From: Selaginella moellendorffii
Taxonomy: Eukaryota; Plantae; Lycopodiophyta
Direction: 5' to 3'
Assembly: GCF_000143415.4 (NCBI RefSeq)
Contig: NW_003314324.1
Span: 819,379-883,378 of the forward strand
DNA length: 64,000 nt
Positions 11,408-25,286 of the stretch are shown here, one piece after another. The notes below the pieces were generated by a model. The model worked only from the letters and a program-made list of their open reading frames with translations. It was not told the DNA's origin and did not search any database. The position numbers were made by a program, and so were the translations under genes. Positions within the stretch are counted from its first letter, which is position 1. Each line of letters begins with the position of its first letter.

Positions 11408-14400
11408 TTAGAACCGGAATGTTGGTTCCGCTTCCAATGCCCAGGTGAATTTCTGGAGCAAAGATTTCGTGAAAATCTGTCAAGAGTTCCACAGGTCAGT
11501 CATTCGTGCGAGGTTTTTTTTTTTTTTCTTTTTTTTTTTGCTACTTGCCTTTTCGATGGGTACGTCGTTCCTCTTGCACCAAGCGACGGTGATTCGTGGG
11601 TCCAGATAGTTGATCTTGGAAGTTCCCAGAGCGACTGTCTTGAGATCGTCCTTAACTTTCATGTCCAGTTCCATCTTTTGGATCTTGTTATCGGTTTGCT
11701 CTAGCTTCTTCTCCAGCCTGTGTTGTTTCGATCCAACTTGAGCAAAGAGAGAAAGTATGAGCGTTACTTACTGTTCTGGACTTTGGTTCCTCTTTGTCTT
11801 GCCATCTTCATCCTTCCGAGGAGGCTTTCCCTTCCTAGCTCTCTCCAAGTCTATAACAATCTCTTCACGCAGAGCCTGAGGTGCAAAGCCTTAGAACAAT
11901 GCCACTAGTAAGAAAAGTAACTCAAAACCTTTAGCTCGGCCATTTTTCCTTCGAGTTTTTCCATCTGGGCGCCATGGCTCTTGGACACCGTCCGTTGATG
12001 ATTACAGAGAACAGCCACCTGCAAAGACATTCTGTAAAGGGACCAAACGTTTCCTTTGCAAGGCTATTCACCTCTTTGTTTGCTCGTTGGTAGTCTCCAA
12101 TTTTTTCCGGGACGATTGAGCCATCCGTATGCTCGAGCTGGCGATTTGCACTTAAAGAACTAGCATGAAAGAAAACACTTCAAGCCAAACCTGGTTATCG
12201 AGAGTGATGGAGGCATTATACGTTCTGAAAACCTTTGCAGTGAGCTCCGGCATGAACTCCTTCAAATGAGCATTCAATTTGTTTGTGTCTAGCCTGTCAA
12301 ACAAATCATCGCCGCTTTTCTTCCCTGCATTCATCAACCAGCAGCGTTTGAAGCAATGCTACCAGAATTACTACCTTTCTGAAAATCCCCTATAGCCTTG
12401 AAAACTTTCTCTTCGACAGCTACTTCGTTGAGATATCTGATGGAATCCTTTCCGAGAAAATCGAACTGCAAAAGAAACAAGGTTAGGAGACGGAATTAAA
12501 AAGCGAGAGGAGACCTTACCTCGATTTTTTTCGAATCCAAAAGTTTGACGTGCTCTACTTTCAAAGAACAGCAGCCTACGGTATCAGCTTCATCGTCATC
12601 CTTCTCATTTCCTGCTCTAAGGGCAAGCCTGTCTATGAGATAAGTTGCAACTGCAATCTGTCTTTTTGTGGGATCTGTAGAGCCGAAGTCTTTCGTATAT
12701 GTTTTCCGGATCTTGTCAATGTAATCCTGTAAAAATCGCATGAGTGAAGCGAGGCAAAGCTACAAAAAACACCGAACCTTCAGCTGTCTAGCCTTCTCGT
12801 ATTTCTTCATGTCACTCTGAGCCTTGAGGCTACTGCTTGGGTGCAAAAACACGTACTTAAACTCCTTCTCGTTAATCGGATCGTTCCAAAACGCGAGCCA
12901 AGTGACTGTATTGTCGTGCCGAATTTCTTTCCAGCTGAAAAGTAAAGTCCAAGTTAAACTCATAAAGAGCTCGCATAAAAAGCGTCGTACGTACTTGTGA
13001 CCGGGCATCGGACACTCCGGAACGGGAGCACCCTTTCCAATATTGATGACGATATTTTCGGGAAAAATTCGCCTTTTGAGCTTTCCCATCTTAGGATGCT
13101 GACCGCGCCCCCTGAAAAGGCCTGGAGGTTCCACTCGAAAGTTTCCAACCTGAAAATGCAGTGTAAGTAACCATTAGCTCAAAGAAAGAGATGCACGTAC
13201 TTTTTCCTTCACCCCGTCAACAAGCGCCCAGGTGTATTTTTCTTCCGCCTTGGCCTTCTCATCTCTTAGTTGCTTCTTCTCCTGATAAAAGAAAACAAAG
13301 CTTCAGTCTAAGCCGAGCATACTAGCAGAGAAAACTAACCGCAGAGCTCAGTTGCTTCTTCTTCTCCTTCTCGCTTTGGTACCAGTCGTAAATCGGAGTG
13401 AAGTCGCAAAGCTCCAGCTTCTTTATGACATGGTTTGAACCGAGAATCTTTTTCCAATCTTGCCAGAAGTTGCTGTTAAACTTGGCCTGCGTTGCGTAGT
13501 CCGTGTCTTTCATCACGGCATACATTGTGGCAACCTGTATCCACAAGAACAAACAATTCAGTCGCTTAAACTCGGAAACAACCAACAAAAGCCCGCAAAC
13601 CTCTTCCTGTGCCGGAGTAAGATCCACTGGCTCGCCATTGTAGAGCATCTTCACTCCATGAGGCTGATAAGCCGGAGGAAACATGACACCATTGTGCTCC
13701 AGCGTCGTCCACTTCTGTCCACCATTACCATCCTTTCCTCCCTTCTTCACAACCGTTTTCTTCGTGATCTTCGTCTCCACCACTTTCTTCTTGCCGGAAG
13801 ACGATGCCGACTTCCTCATGACAACCTTCTTTGAAACCTCCGAGCCTTCGAAATCATCCTCCTCCCCTTCCTCCTCCTCCTCCTCCTCCTCCTCCTCCTC
13901 CATCTCCTCGCTCTCTTCTTTCTCGACTTTGGCTTTCTTCACGACTGCCTTCTTCGTCTCCGCTTCGTCTAGAACTCGCTTCCTCGTCTTGGAACCGTCA
14001 ACTTTCCTGGAGGAGCTCGCGGCTTCCTTCTTCACGGCCACCTTTGCATTCTTCGACGCATCGATCTTCTTGGGAGCGTCAATCTTCCCAGGCTTCCTCG
14101 ACGCCTCAATGAGCCTCCTCACGGAAGAGCCACCATCGCCATCGTCTACCTCGGTCTTGGCCTTCTTCCTGGGAGCGCTCTCCGGGCTCTCCAGCGATTT
14201 AAGCGAGCGCTTTGCGAAAGTTTTCAAGGGAGCAGGCTTGGTCGCACTGCCAGGAGAAGGAACTTTGGAACTGCTGGGCTTGCTGGAAGCCTCCAATCTG
14301 GAGGACGATCCATTTGGCTGCTCCTCGTCCTTGACTTGGCGCTTAAGATCCATTGCTGGAGCTCCCTTATTCACGCCGAAGGATTGAGGCTTATCATCGT

Positions 14401-14550
14401 CCGAGTCGTCGTTCACACGATTCGCACTGCCATTGCAAGCGAGCGGGGCGGCGATCCCATCCTCCACTTCCCTATCTAGATTTCAATCACAATGAGCGCG
14501 ATCGCGCGGGCGCCGATTTGAATCGTCTCACCTGGACACATGGATGCCAT
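11408..14550 (-). CDS. TOP1: DNA topoisomerase I (type IB), multi-exon; an alternative in-frame ATG lies at 14595
   Basis: [65 protein letters not shown], catalytic SKINYLDPR; short first exon MASMCP splices in frame to DREVEDG; (TCC)n encodes poly-Glu at ~13860-13900; stop at 11408. Confidence 0.95.
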
Positions 14551-15273
14551 TTGAATGAATCTCACGCACCCAAAAACCCTAATCGATTCCCCCATATCTA
14601 GGGCTTCCAAGGAGATATGGGGCCAATGCTTGCATGCCACGTGTTCCCCTGCTTTTAGGGCAACATTAGGTCTAAAAGCTGGTAAACAAGTATTTTGCGT
14701 GAACCATGAGCCGTAACTTTTCTATGCCCTTTCGGACATGCTTGTCACTAATGGTACACGATTCCGTTTGCCTGTTAGCGCGGATCACATGTTTTCCATT
14801 GATACTTTAGGCAGCAAAACAACAAAATCTCTACGTAAGATTGCAAAGGTGGAGTGAAGTGGATCACTACATTTTTTATCAAAATATGGTTTGATTAAGT
14901 CCACATGGGAGTGTCCCCCAAGAAAAAAAAAAACAAAATCCACAGAGGCATGCGAGCGATTGAAACCATTCCACGGAAGAAATATGGGTAGAAAATCCGG
15001 AACGTACGACTTCTGTGGCACGCTTGCGGAGGAGCACACGAGGGTTTGACATTTTACATCAGTAAATCTGGAGTTTAACCATAGGCCAGATTAAAAATAT
15101 TTTCACCAAAGTAAGTAGACTTTGATATAAATGCCCTGGCCTGGGATCCCTGACAAACGCGCAAATTTTTCTCATTCTACTAAGAACACAACTTCTTAGA
15201 TCCAAGGAAAGTTTATGCCCAGATTATCACTGGCACTTCAAGTCTATCCAACAACAAGAGCAAGAGATCCTTC

Positions 15274-16480
15274 ATGGATGTTGTGAGGAGAAGTAGAAGC
15301 TCTTCTTCGCCATCTTTCACCAGCATCACCAATTCCAGCAGCTCTCGCAGATCAAGCTGCGATCCCGGTGACTTTTCTTTCCTCGATTACTCCCAGGTTT
15401 GCTGCCGCTCTCTCGATTTGCTCTCGCCGGACCTCCCACCGCCTCTGGTGGAGGATTCCTCGCCGGTAAACTCCCATGGCTACACGCAATGCAGCTCAAT
15501 TGCTCCCAAGAGCTTGTACCATCCTCTAGAGTTTAATCAGAGCTTCCAGGCGCAACTAGAGCTCCAGCAAACTTTGATGGGTGATCCCTCGTTTGGCAAT
15601 TCTTCTCTTCTAACTCCACTTGACGATCACTCACAAGATCAAAGAAATCCGGAAGATTTCCATGGACAAGAGCTTGCATACTACTGCCAAGTCGAGCCTC
15701 TGGACGAGAAGTATCTCAGCCTCATGGAACATCCGCCGCTCTACGTGAATTACTTGACTGATGCCAATCGGAGAATGCCGCCGCTCGGATCTTCCCAGGC
15801 GCTTGATCAACCTGGGGCTCCGAGGATCATCTCAAACTCATGCTCAAGCCCAACAAGGAAGAGAAGCGCGGACGATCAAAACACCACGAACGCTCTCTCC
15901 AAACGCGAAAAGGTACGCACGTCTGGACCGCGGAATCTCGATAAACAACTCATTTTCTTGCTCTATTGGGTGATCAGATCGATTCATCTCCGGCTTCTTC
16001 TTGTTGCACGACTGCTCTCAACACGAACTTAAAACCGAGATCGAGGCAAGGGACTGCCAATGATCCGCAAAGCATCGCCGCAAGGGTGAGAGAGGAGTCT
16101 GGAGATCTTAGACCAGATCAAACTCATGAGCTGGTTTTCTTTTTTTTGATTTTGCAGCAAAGGCGTGAACGAATAAGCCAGCGTTTGAAGATCTTGCAAG
16201 ACTTGGTTCCAAATGGCTCCAAGGTTTGTGTAAAGAAACTTCGATGATACGAGGAAAATCTTGATAGAAACTTTCTTTGACAAATGCAGGTAGACCTTGT
16301 AACCATGCTTGAGAAAGCTATAAATTATGTCAAATTCATGCAGCTCCAACTTCAGGCAAGTATAACCTTTTTTCTTTGTTTAACTTTCACTTTATTCAGT
16401 TAATTGAGATTAAATATCCGGATTTCTAGGTGTTGTCGACTGATGCATATTGGCCTTTACCTAAAGCACGACAATCGTAA
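15274..16480 (+). CDS. Class I RSL (RHD6-like) bHLH transcription factor
   Basis: [62 protein letters not shown]...VLSTDAYWP matches the class I RSL bHLH plus RSL domain; TATA-like TATAAAT at ~15126. Confidence 0.88.
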
Positions 16481-16739
16481 CGAGTAGTGTTAATTAAAAA
16501 TTAAGAACCAGAGACGTGGGCGAATTCCATAATCAAAAAGAAATTAAAAGAAAACTCGATTTGTTCTTCATTGTCTCCAACCAAACAAACAGTGCTGCAA
16601 ATTTAAGATAATCCAAAGAGAATCTCACATAATTGGAAAAATAAAAAGACAATGCAGGAAGTTTAAAATAATTCAAAGATAGTCAAATCTTTACCACGGA
16701 CTTTTTCTACACACCCTGGCATGACGAAGAGACGTCGCG

Positions 16740-19061
16740 ATGAGCACGTCGACGATTCAATCCCTGGCGACGCAAATCCAGGAATGCGGCAACTGCAGGG
16801 ACCTCGCGGCCGCCCGGCGCCTCCACGCCCGCGTCGTCGACAGCAGCGATCACGCCCGCAATCGCTACATCGCCAATCTCCTCATCCAGATGTATGGCAA
16901 ATGCGGCAGCCCTGGCGAGGCCCGCGGCGTCTTCGATCGCATCCCCCCACACGCCCGCAACGATTTCTCGTGGAACATCATCATTGCGGCGTATGCCCAG
17001 AATGGGCATCTGCGGGAAGCGCAGGATGTTTTCGATTTGATGCCCAGCCGCAATCTCGTCTCGTGCAACTCGATGATACAAGCGCTGGCTAAACACGGGC
17101 ATCTGGATCAGGCGAAAAGAGTGTTTGAAGGAACGCCGCAGCACGACGTTGTGTCGTGGACAACGTTACTCGCAGCATTCGCCCAAACCGGGCACCTGCT
17201 GTTAACTAGGAACATCTTCGACCAAATGCCGGAAAAAAACATCTTTTCGTGGACGACGCTTGTGCAGTGCTATGCGGCATCCGGAAACGTTGACGAAGCC
17301 AAAGCCGTGTTTGATCAAATGCCGATGTTGGATGTTATGACTTGGAACGCTTTGATCTACGCAAATGCCAAGAATGGGGATCTTTACTCCGTGAAGAACA
17401 TCTTTGCTTCTATGCCGGAGTGGAGCGTCGTGTCGTGGACGTCGATGATCACCGCTCTGGGCGAGTCGGGGCTGATCAGTGACGCTCTCTCGATCTTTCT
17501 CTCGATGGAGGAGAGGAATCTCGTCTCGTGGAACGCGATGCTCCATGCTTGCGCTAGGAACGGCGATCTCGCCACCGCGAAGGCGCTCTTCGATCGAATG
17601 CCCGAGCACGACATCGCGTGCTGGACCGCTCTCATCCAGGCCTACGTCCAGAGCGCTCGTCCCGAGGACGCTAAGATCGCGTTTGATTGTATGCCCGCCA
17701 GCGACATCGCGGCGTGGAACTTGATCCTCGCGGCGTACGCCCATCGCGGGCGAGTTGAGGAGGCCGAGAGGATCTTTGCTGCCATGCCCGAGAGGAGCGT
17801 GGTCTCGTGGAACAACGTCCTCCAGGCGTGCGTCGCGCGGGGAGATCTCGAGCGCGCGCGGGAGATCTTCGGCGCGATGCCCGAGAGGAATGTGGTGTCG
17901 TGGACCGCGATGATCCAGGCGAGAGCACAGGCCGGGGAGATGGATCGCGCGAGGGAGCTGTTTGATCGGATGCTGGAGTGGGATGCGGTGGTGTGGAATG
18001 TGATGATCGCGGGGTATACCGAGGCTGGCGAGATCGATCGCGCGAGGGAGATGTTTGAGGATCTTCCCGAGAAGAGCCAGGTCTCGTGGAACACGATGAT
18101 GGGCGCGTACGCGCGAGTGGGCGATCTGGAATCCGCGAGGGGCTTGTTCGAGCGATTGCCCTGCCGATCGATCGACGCGTGCAATGTGATGATCACGGCC
18201 TACGCCGAGAGGGGCGAGCTGGAGGAATCAAAAGCTCTGTTTGATTCCATGGAAGAGCTCAATGCCGTGAGCTGGACAGCGATGGTCACGGCCTACGCGC
18301 GCTTTGGGCACCAGGATCTAGCCAGGATCACGTTTGAGCGCATGGCGGCGCAAAGAACAGCGAGTGGGTCACGCCATTTCCTGGATGCGATCCCGGAGCA
18401 AGACGTGGTTTCATGCAATGCAATGATCAGCGCGTTTCTCCAGGGAATGGAGCTGATCCAAGCGAAGATGCTGTTCGATCGGATGAGCCGGAGAGACGTG
18501 ATCTCATGGAACGCCATCGTCGCTGGATTTGCCCGGAATGGGCATTTGCTCTACGCAAAGAGACTGTTCGATGCAATGCCGGAGAAGAACGTGGTTTCGT
18601 GGAGCTCTTTGCTTGCAGCGTACGCGCAACTCGGCAATCACAGCGATGGCGTCGCATTCTACTCGCAGCTGCTCGCGAGCGGAGTAGAGCCCAACGAAAT
18701 CTGCGTCGTGAGCCTCCTCGCCGTGTGCGCGCACGCCGGGAACTTGGAGAAAGGCTTGAAACTCTTCGTACGGATGACCCAGGATCATACGGAAGTGTCT
18801 GCCACCAAAGAACACTATGCGATCGCTGTGGACATTCTTGGACGAGCTGGGCAGCTGGAGGTCGCGGAAGAGATCGTGAATTCCATGCCTTTGGGGGGAC
18901 CCGACGACACCGTGTGGGGATCACTCCTCTCGGCCAGCCGGTTTCATGTGAAAAATCCCGGCTTTGGCGCACGCGCTGCGAAAGAAGTGATGAAGAGCTC
19001 TCCGCGAGATTCCTCGGCTTATATCCTGCTCGCTACTGCTCGCTCGATCGCGCAAACTTAG
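16740..19061 (+). CDS. PLS-class PPR protein with a truncated E extension and no DYW domain (organellar RNA-editing factor type)
   Basis: Intronless 773 aa with tandem ~31-aa AxxxFDxMPExxVVSWNAMI repeats, then HYAIAVDILGRAG..W.SLL...AYILL. Confidence 0.92.
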   Translation: MSTSTIQSLATQIQECGNCRDLAAARRLHARVVDSSDHARNRYIANLLIQMYGKCGSPGEARGVFDRIPPHARNDFSWNIIIAAYAQNGHLREAQDVFDLMPSRNLVSCNSMIQALAKHGHLDQAKRVFEGTPQHDVVSWTTLLAAFAQTGHLLLTRNIFDQMPEKNIFSWTTLVQCYAASGNVDEAKAVFDQMPMLDVMTWNALIYANAKNGDLYSVKNIFASMPEWSVVSWTSMITALGESGLISDALSIFLSMEERNLVSWNAMLHACARNGDLATAKALFDRMPEHDIACWTALIQAYVQSARPEDAKIAFDCMPASDIAAWNLILAAYAHRGRVEEAERIFAAMPERSVVSWNNVLQACVARGDLERAREIFGAMPERNVVSWTAMIQARAQAGEMDRARELFDRMLEWDAVVWNVMIAGYTEAGEIDRAREMFEDLPEKSQVSWNTMMGAYARVGDLESARGLFERLPCRSIDACNVMITAYAERGELEESKALFDSMEELNAVSWTAMVTAYARFGHQDLARITFERMAAQRTASGSRHFLDAIPEQDVVSCNAMISAFLQGMELIQAKMLFDRMSRRDVISWNAIVAGFARNGHLLYAKRLFDAMPEKNVVSWSSLLAAYAQLGNHSDGVAFYSQLLASGVEPNEICVVSLLAVCAHAGNLEKGLKLFVRMTQDHTEVSATKEHYAIAVDILGRAGQLEVAEEIVNSMPLGGPDDTVWGSLLSASRFHVKNPGFGARAAKEVMKSSPRDSSAYILLATARSIAQT

Positions 19062-19291
19062 ATCTTCTGGTCCGATGATCAATGACAAGCGTTGGACACT
19101 CCCGTCAAACACTCCAGGGGCCACTCCACTGCCAGGAATTGGATTGTTGAGTGTGACTTCCACTCACGCGCTCAAAGTGGACGCACCATGATGCATTGCT
19201 GTGCTGCTACCACTGCTTATATCTTTCGTGGTGACAATGCTGGAGTGGAGTGGAGTGGAGTGAGTGCTGGGCAATCATCGGTTTATCCGGC

Positions 19292-20472
<1,181 letters not shown>

Positions 20473-20701
20473 GATATATGAAAGTGTTCACTTGATAGCA
20501 AAGTTGTCTTTTTTATTCTCGTTTCTGGAGTTCTCCTTGTAGCACTGGATTTATCCAAACTTTCCAAATTTTTACAACTCTAGACTCGTTCCAAGTCGGA
20601 GAGTGAGTACCAAGTTGAGAAGGAAGCTTACTTTTATATAGAAGGTAGCGAAGCATTGCAAGAGAAAACCTCTTCTCTTCACCATGGTGATCTCCAATCT
20701 T

Positions 20702-21862
20702 CTACCAAGTAATCTCTTCGGGATCCAAAGTCACAGACGAGGAAGAAGAGGACGTACCACAACCGTGACCATGGCCATCATCTCTGGCGGTTCCCAAAAT
20801 CACGTCTTTTTTGCCACCGCCACCATTCCTGGACTCGAGCAGCTCCTTGAGCAAGAACTGCAAGAGCTTGTCCTGGAGTCCCTTGACATCCACCTTGTCC
20901 TGCAAACCTTTCAAGTTGAGCGTCTCGAGAAGATCTGTCACCACAACTCCGGGGCGGAGTGGCAGCTGGTTTTGGACAAAACTTTGCTGCGAAGGAGCTG
21001 CTACCACTGCTGCTGCTGCTGCTTTGGGCGATGATCTCCTCTTCTTCATGCCTTTGTTTACTGCGTAGAAGTCCTTGGGCTCCAGCAGGAGCTCCGGATC
21101 CTTGTCCACGAAATTGAGCTTGGCCTTTTTGCCTTTGATCCTCCGAGCGGCAGCATCGTAAGCTAGCGCAGCCTTCTCCGCCGTCGCGAAGGATCCCAGC
21201 CAGAGTCGGACTCCCTGGTGAGGATCACGAATCTCCGCGGCCCATTTTCCAGAAGGCCGCTGACGAACACCTCGGTAGTGCTTCTTCTTGCAACTCTCGG
21301 GCGTTTCCATCGTCGTGTCTGGACCGGAGACCACAGTAGCAGCGTTCTTAGAGCCTGCGAAAGAAGAATAAGACCAGCTTTTACCGAAGACAAAACACTA
21401 CTTACCTCGCGTTTTCGATTCCTCTTCCAGCTTGAACTCGCCACGAGTGGAACTTTTCTCGACCACCATCTCGTTCTCGTTCTGCTGGAGCTCCGCCACC
21501 ACGTCGCTCGTCTCCATGAGCTTCATCTCCGAGATCTGGATGGCATTGTCTCCAACCTCGGAGCTCTCCGAGAGCGGCGGCGAGTCGAGCTTGTCATACT
21601 CGGAGGATTCGCTCTGGAGAGCCGGAGAAGCATCCTCCTTTTCCTGGACCGAGGCCTCCCAAGCCGACCACGACTTAAAGATCTCATCTGCGGCACTGTC
21701 GTTCTTTAGAACAGCGTCCAAGTCGGGCACTGGAACTTCGTCAATCTCGTAAGCCGGGCCATTGTCAAACTCCCACTCCTCGGGGAGCTTACTCTGTCCT
21801 CCATAGTCGGAAGTTGGATATGGAGTGTAGATGTAAGCGTCGGAGGTGATACCACGGCACAT
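20702..21862 (-). CDS. AP2/ERF transcription factor, group VII-like, starting Met-Cys; 2 coding exons (intron ~21355-21405)
   Basis: Exon 1 starts MCRGITSD and splices in frame (G|GTAAG...CAG|GC) to the exon containing [57 protein letters not shown]. Confidence 0.85.
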
Positions 21863-23257
21863 CCTTGCGTTGCTCCTCCTCAGCAAGCGTTCTTTCTAGA
21901 AACGTTTTAAAGATAGCTCTAACCTCGGTGTTCGCTGCCAGATCGAAACGCGTCACTCCTAATTCTGACACAGATAAACCAGATCTTTGAGAAGCTTGCC
22001 CCTTGTGGATAAGTTCAAAAGCCACGCAAACAAAGAGGTGATAGCTAATCTTAAGGATGATGCAGTGCGAGCACAAACTTTGTGATGAATGTTGCAAGTC
22101 TCGGAAGATCTTTTGCACATGAAAAGGAAGCAAACAATCTCGCCTTTCTCGAGAGATCTTAACAATAGAGAGAACAAAGAGAAGCTGTGACTGACAATAA
22201 AGAAATTCATGCAGCAGAGGAAAGTGTAGATGAAAGAGGGCACATTACCGAGGAACAGTGTAGCTCCAAGAAGCTACAAGAGCAAGAGAAAGAAAGAGAG
22301 GTGATGATGCCAAGCCAATATCAAATACCAGGAGGAATCAAAGTGTTCTCGAAAGAGGACAAGGCCTGGGAAAACTTTGGTTGCTTCAGTACAAGCAAGA
22401 TAGTATAAACAAAGCACAGAAGAGAGGAGTGACGTAAAACCACCCACGAAGAGCAGGCATGAATCGCTCACCTACAAACCTCACAAAGGAAGGGGCCAGC
22501 CATCGAAGTTCTATGGTAAAAAACCTCTTTTTTTTTCTTCTTCCAGAGAAATCTTCCAGATTTCCTTTGGACTGGTTTGCTGCGGGAGTGTGGAAGGAAC
22601 GCTCCGGGCGGGACTGGATTCAAAGCACGGAGATTTGGCAAAACTCTCACGGCTCTTCTGTGCAAAGGACCGACTGATGCGATCGATCGGTGAGACGAAT
22701 GAATGAATGGATGAATCGAGGAAAGAATGGAATAACACAAACACACAAACACACCTGGAAAGAAGCGTGGAAGCTACAAAGTGTCCATGCATCCCGCGTG
22801 TTTAAATCCTCTCTTCTCGCGACTCTGCTACAGCGAAAAACAAGCTTGAGTGAGATCTTTCTGACCGGCGATGAACCAAAGACCGACCATCCAAAGCAAA
22901 ATTCAATCTTGGAGGGACCCAACACAGCCCAGATGCGCAGCACCAAAAACCCACGAAGAACTTTCAACGAAGTAGCAAAAACAAGGAAATATTGCTCACC
23001 GATCTGGCCGTGCTCGCAAATCTCCAACTTGCCCCCTTTTCCAGAACCTCCCGTTCAATGCATCCTTGTCACTCTCATTCTTTAGTTCTTAGCAGGGAGA
23101 TTAGGGCAAAATGACAAAAGGTATATTCCCTTTGTCATGCACTCAATCCCCGCCGTCGGTTTCGCGGTGGTTCTTAAAGGTAGGTTCAAATTTAATCTTC
23201 ATTTAGGGCTCCTGGAGATATACCTTAGGGTTCCTTGCGGGATTTAGGGTTTTAGCA

Positions 23258-25286
23258 ATGCCGCGGACGTCGACGCTGGAGCCTCCGGGATGCCCCGCGC
23301 AGCTCCGCGCCATCTGCTGCGATGCGCTCGGGTTCGTGAAAGGTCAGCTGCCGATTAGCTAGCTCGCGATTCTCGAGATTTTGATGTTGGAATCACTTGG
23401 CTCCAGTTGTCGAAGCGCGCGGCGAGAATGGGGCAGAGAATGGGCCGCTTGATGTTGTCGCGCGATGGGGCCAGCCTGGCGCTGGAATCTCAGCGATTTC
23501 CTACTCGAATTCCAGTAATGTATGGCTCTTCTTCGCTCTTATTGTGGCACTTGCTTATTATTTTTTGCTTTGCAGAGGTTAGCAGTGGCGAGGAAATCCG
23601 GAGATGTAAGTCGTGCGTTTCCTTTCGTTGTTTTTGTTCCAAGTGGCTTTGTCGCAGATAGAAATCCTCGAGTCCACGGATGGAAGTATCTGCGCACAAC
23701 TAGCCTCTTTAAACTTAGACGCCAAAGAAAGAGAGAGTGATGCCATATCCGGTCTCCATCTCTTCAGGGAAGATGGTCCGTGGTAAGCTTGAACCTTTGC
23801 TAGCTTTGTAGCTATGTAACGAGCTAGAATTCTCTTACTTTTTCAGCGGACAATCTGTGTTGAGCTGCAGTAGAAATGGTGACGCAGCGTTGCGAGCTTT
23901 TGGCGACGAGGGTCCTCCGTCTCCAGTATCGAGATGGAACGTATGCAAATCTGGAGACGTTCTATCCATGAGAGTGCACAACAGCGAAAACGTTGCGTCG
24001 TTCGGAGGGTATGTTTGCTTTGTCTTTTGCTAGTTTTCCATGCCTCAACTTCGTTTGGTTGTCCAGCAACCGGGTGGAATTGAGTCTCTGGGATCTCGAA
24101 AGCAGCTCGAAAGTCTGGGAAGCGAAGAAGGTTGTTGAAAGCTTTTTCCTTTTCGATCCGATTTCTTACAAGCTCGTTTTCGTTGCGATCAGCCCAGACC
24201 AAACAATATCGGATTGGTATCGCTACCTTATGTCACGGCCTCTACGTTTCTTCTCAGGGATGACCATCGCAAGCTGGTAATCGGGACAGGAGACTATCAG
24301 GTTCGCTGCAAAACCAAAACCAATTTTGTTCCTGACATTAACGCGCATGCACAGGTTCGTTTGTATGACGTCCACGCTCAGAAAAGGCCGGTTGTAGCGG
24401 TAACGTTCAAAGAATCTCCTATCAAAGCTGTAGCTGAAGATCCAGATGGTTTTACGGTCTATGTGGGAAACTCGACCGGTAGTATGGCCTCGTTTGACAT
24501 GCGAACTGGTATGTTTGTTCTTGCAAAGATTTACAGAAGGAAAACTCGTTTTCCCATTTGCAGGAAAGCTCCTGTCAGGATTCAAGGGAAAGCTCGCTGG
24601 AAGTGTTCGATGCATTGCAAGGCATCCTTCACTGCCTTTGATCGCGTCTTGCGGTAAGCTTGTTTTACTGGCTAAAGAAGGTGCTGAGTTTCAAAGTTTG
24701 GACAGGCCTGGATCGGTTTCTGAGAATTCATGACATTCGGAGCAGGCAATTACTCGGAAGGGTGAGGCACTCTTTTTTTCCGAAATCATTGTTTTTTGCT
24801 TAACTTGGTTGTGTAGATTTTTCTGAAACAACCGCTGGTGGCTGTGGTTTTCGATGATCAAGCAAAGACATGTAAGTTCGTCAAAGTTTCTATGGTTCTT
24901 TTGTGTACTGAAGTTCGGAGTTCTCAGCCGAGGAGCCCCTCCTAACAGCGAGCCAGGAGCAATCGCAAGGCAAGAGGAAGCAGATCGAGAACGAGGTAGA
25001 CTACATGGACAAAGAAGACGACGAGGACGAAGAAGAAAAGCCCAGAAAGAAGAAACCAAAGAAGCACAAGAAACCCAAGAGGAAACAAGCTGGCAAAGAT
25101 GATGAAGCCACAGATCTCGCCGAAGACGAGTCTCCAGCGAAGAAGCTCAAAGAGCTCAAGAAGCTAAAGCGGAAGCAAAACGGCGAGACAAGCGAACCAA
25201 AGAAAAAGAAGATCAAAGACACGACCAGCGAGAAACCCAACGACAAATCTACAAACAAGAAGAAGCGAACAAGAGGACAAGAGTAG
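23258..25286 (+). CDS. WDR74: WD40 ribosome-biogenesis factor WDR74/Nsa1, multi-exon, with a Lys-rich C-terminal tail
   Basis: MPRTSTLEPPGCP..RAICCDALGFVK, QVRLYD..AQKRPV, GSVRCIARHP, CGLDRFLRI; telobox TAGGGTTT at ~23246. Confidence 0.85.

Noticed and set aside
13683-14387. 234-aa Ser/Phe-rich plus-strand ORF
   Set aside because: Antisense of the Lys/Glu-rich TOP1 N-terminus.
16707-19163. Many long antisense and alternate-frame ORFs over the PPR genes (also at 29546-32451)
   Set aside because: Shadow ORFs of GC-rich repetitive coding sequence with no independent motifs.
21900-23100. Several 65-130 aa ORFs between the ERF and WDR74 genes
   Set aside because: No recognisable domains; the composition fits ERF 5' UTR, intron and promoter sequence.
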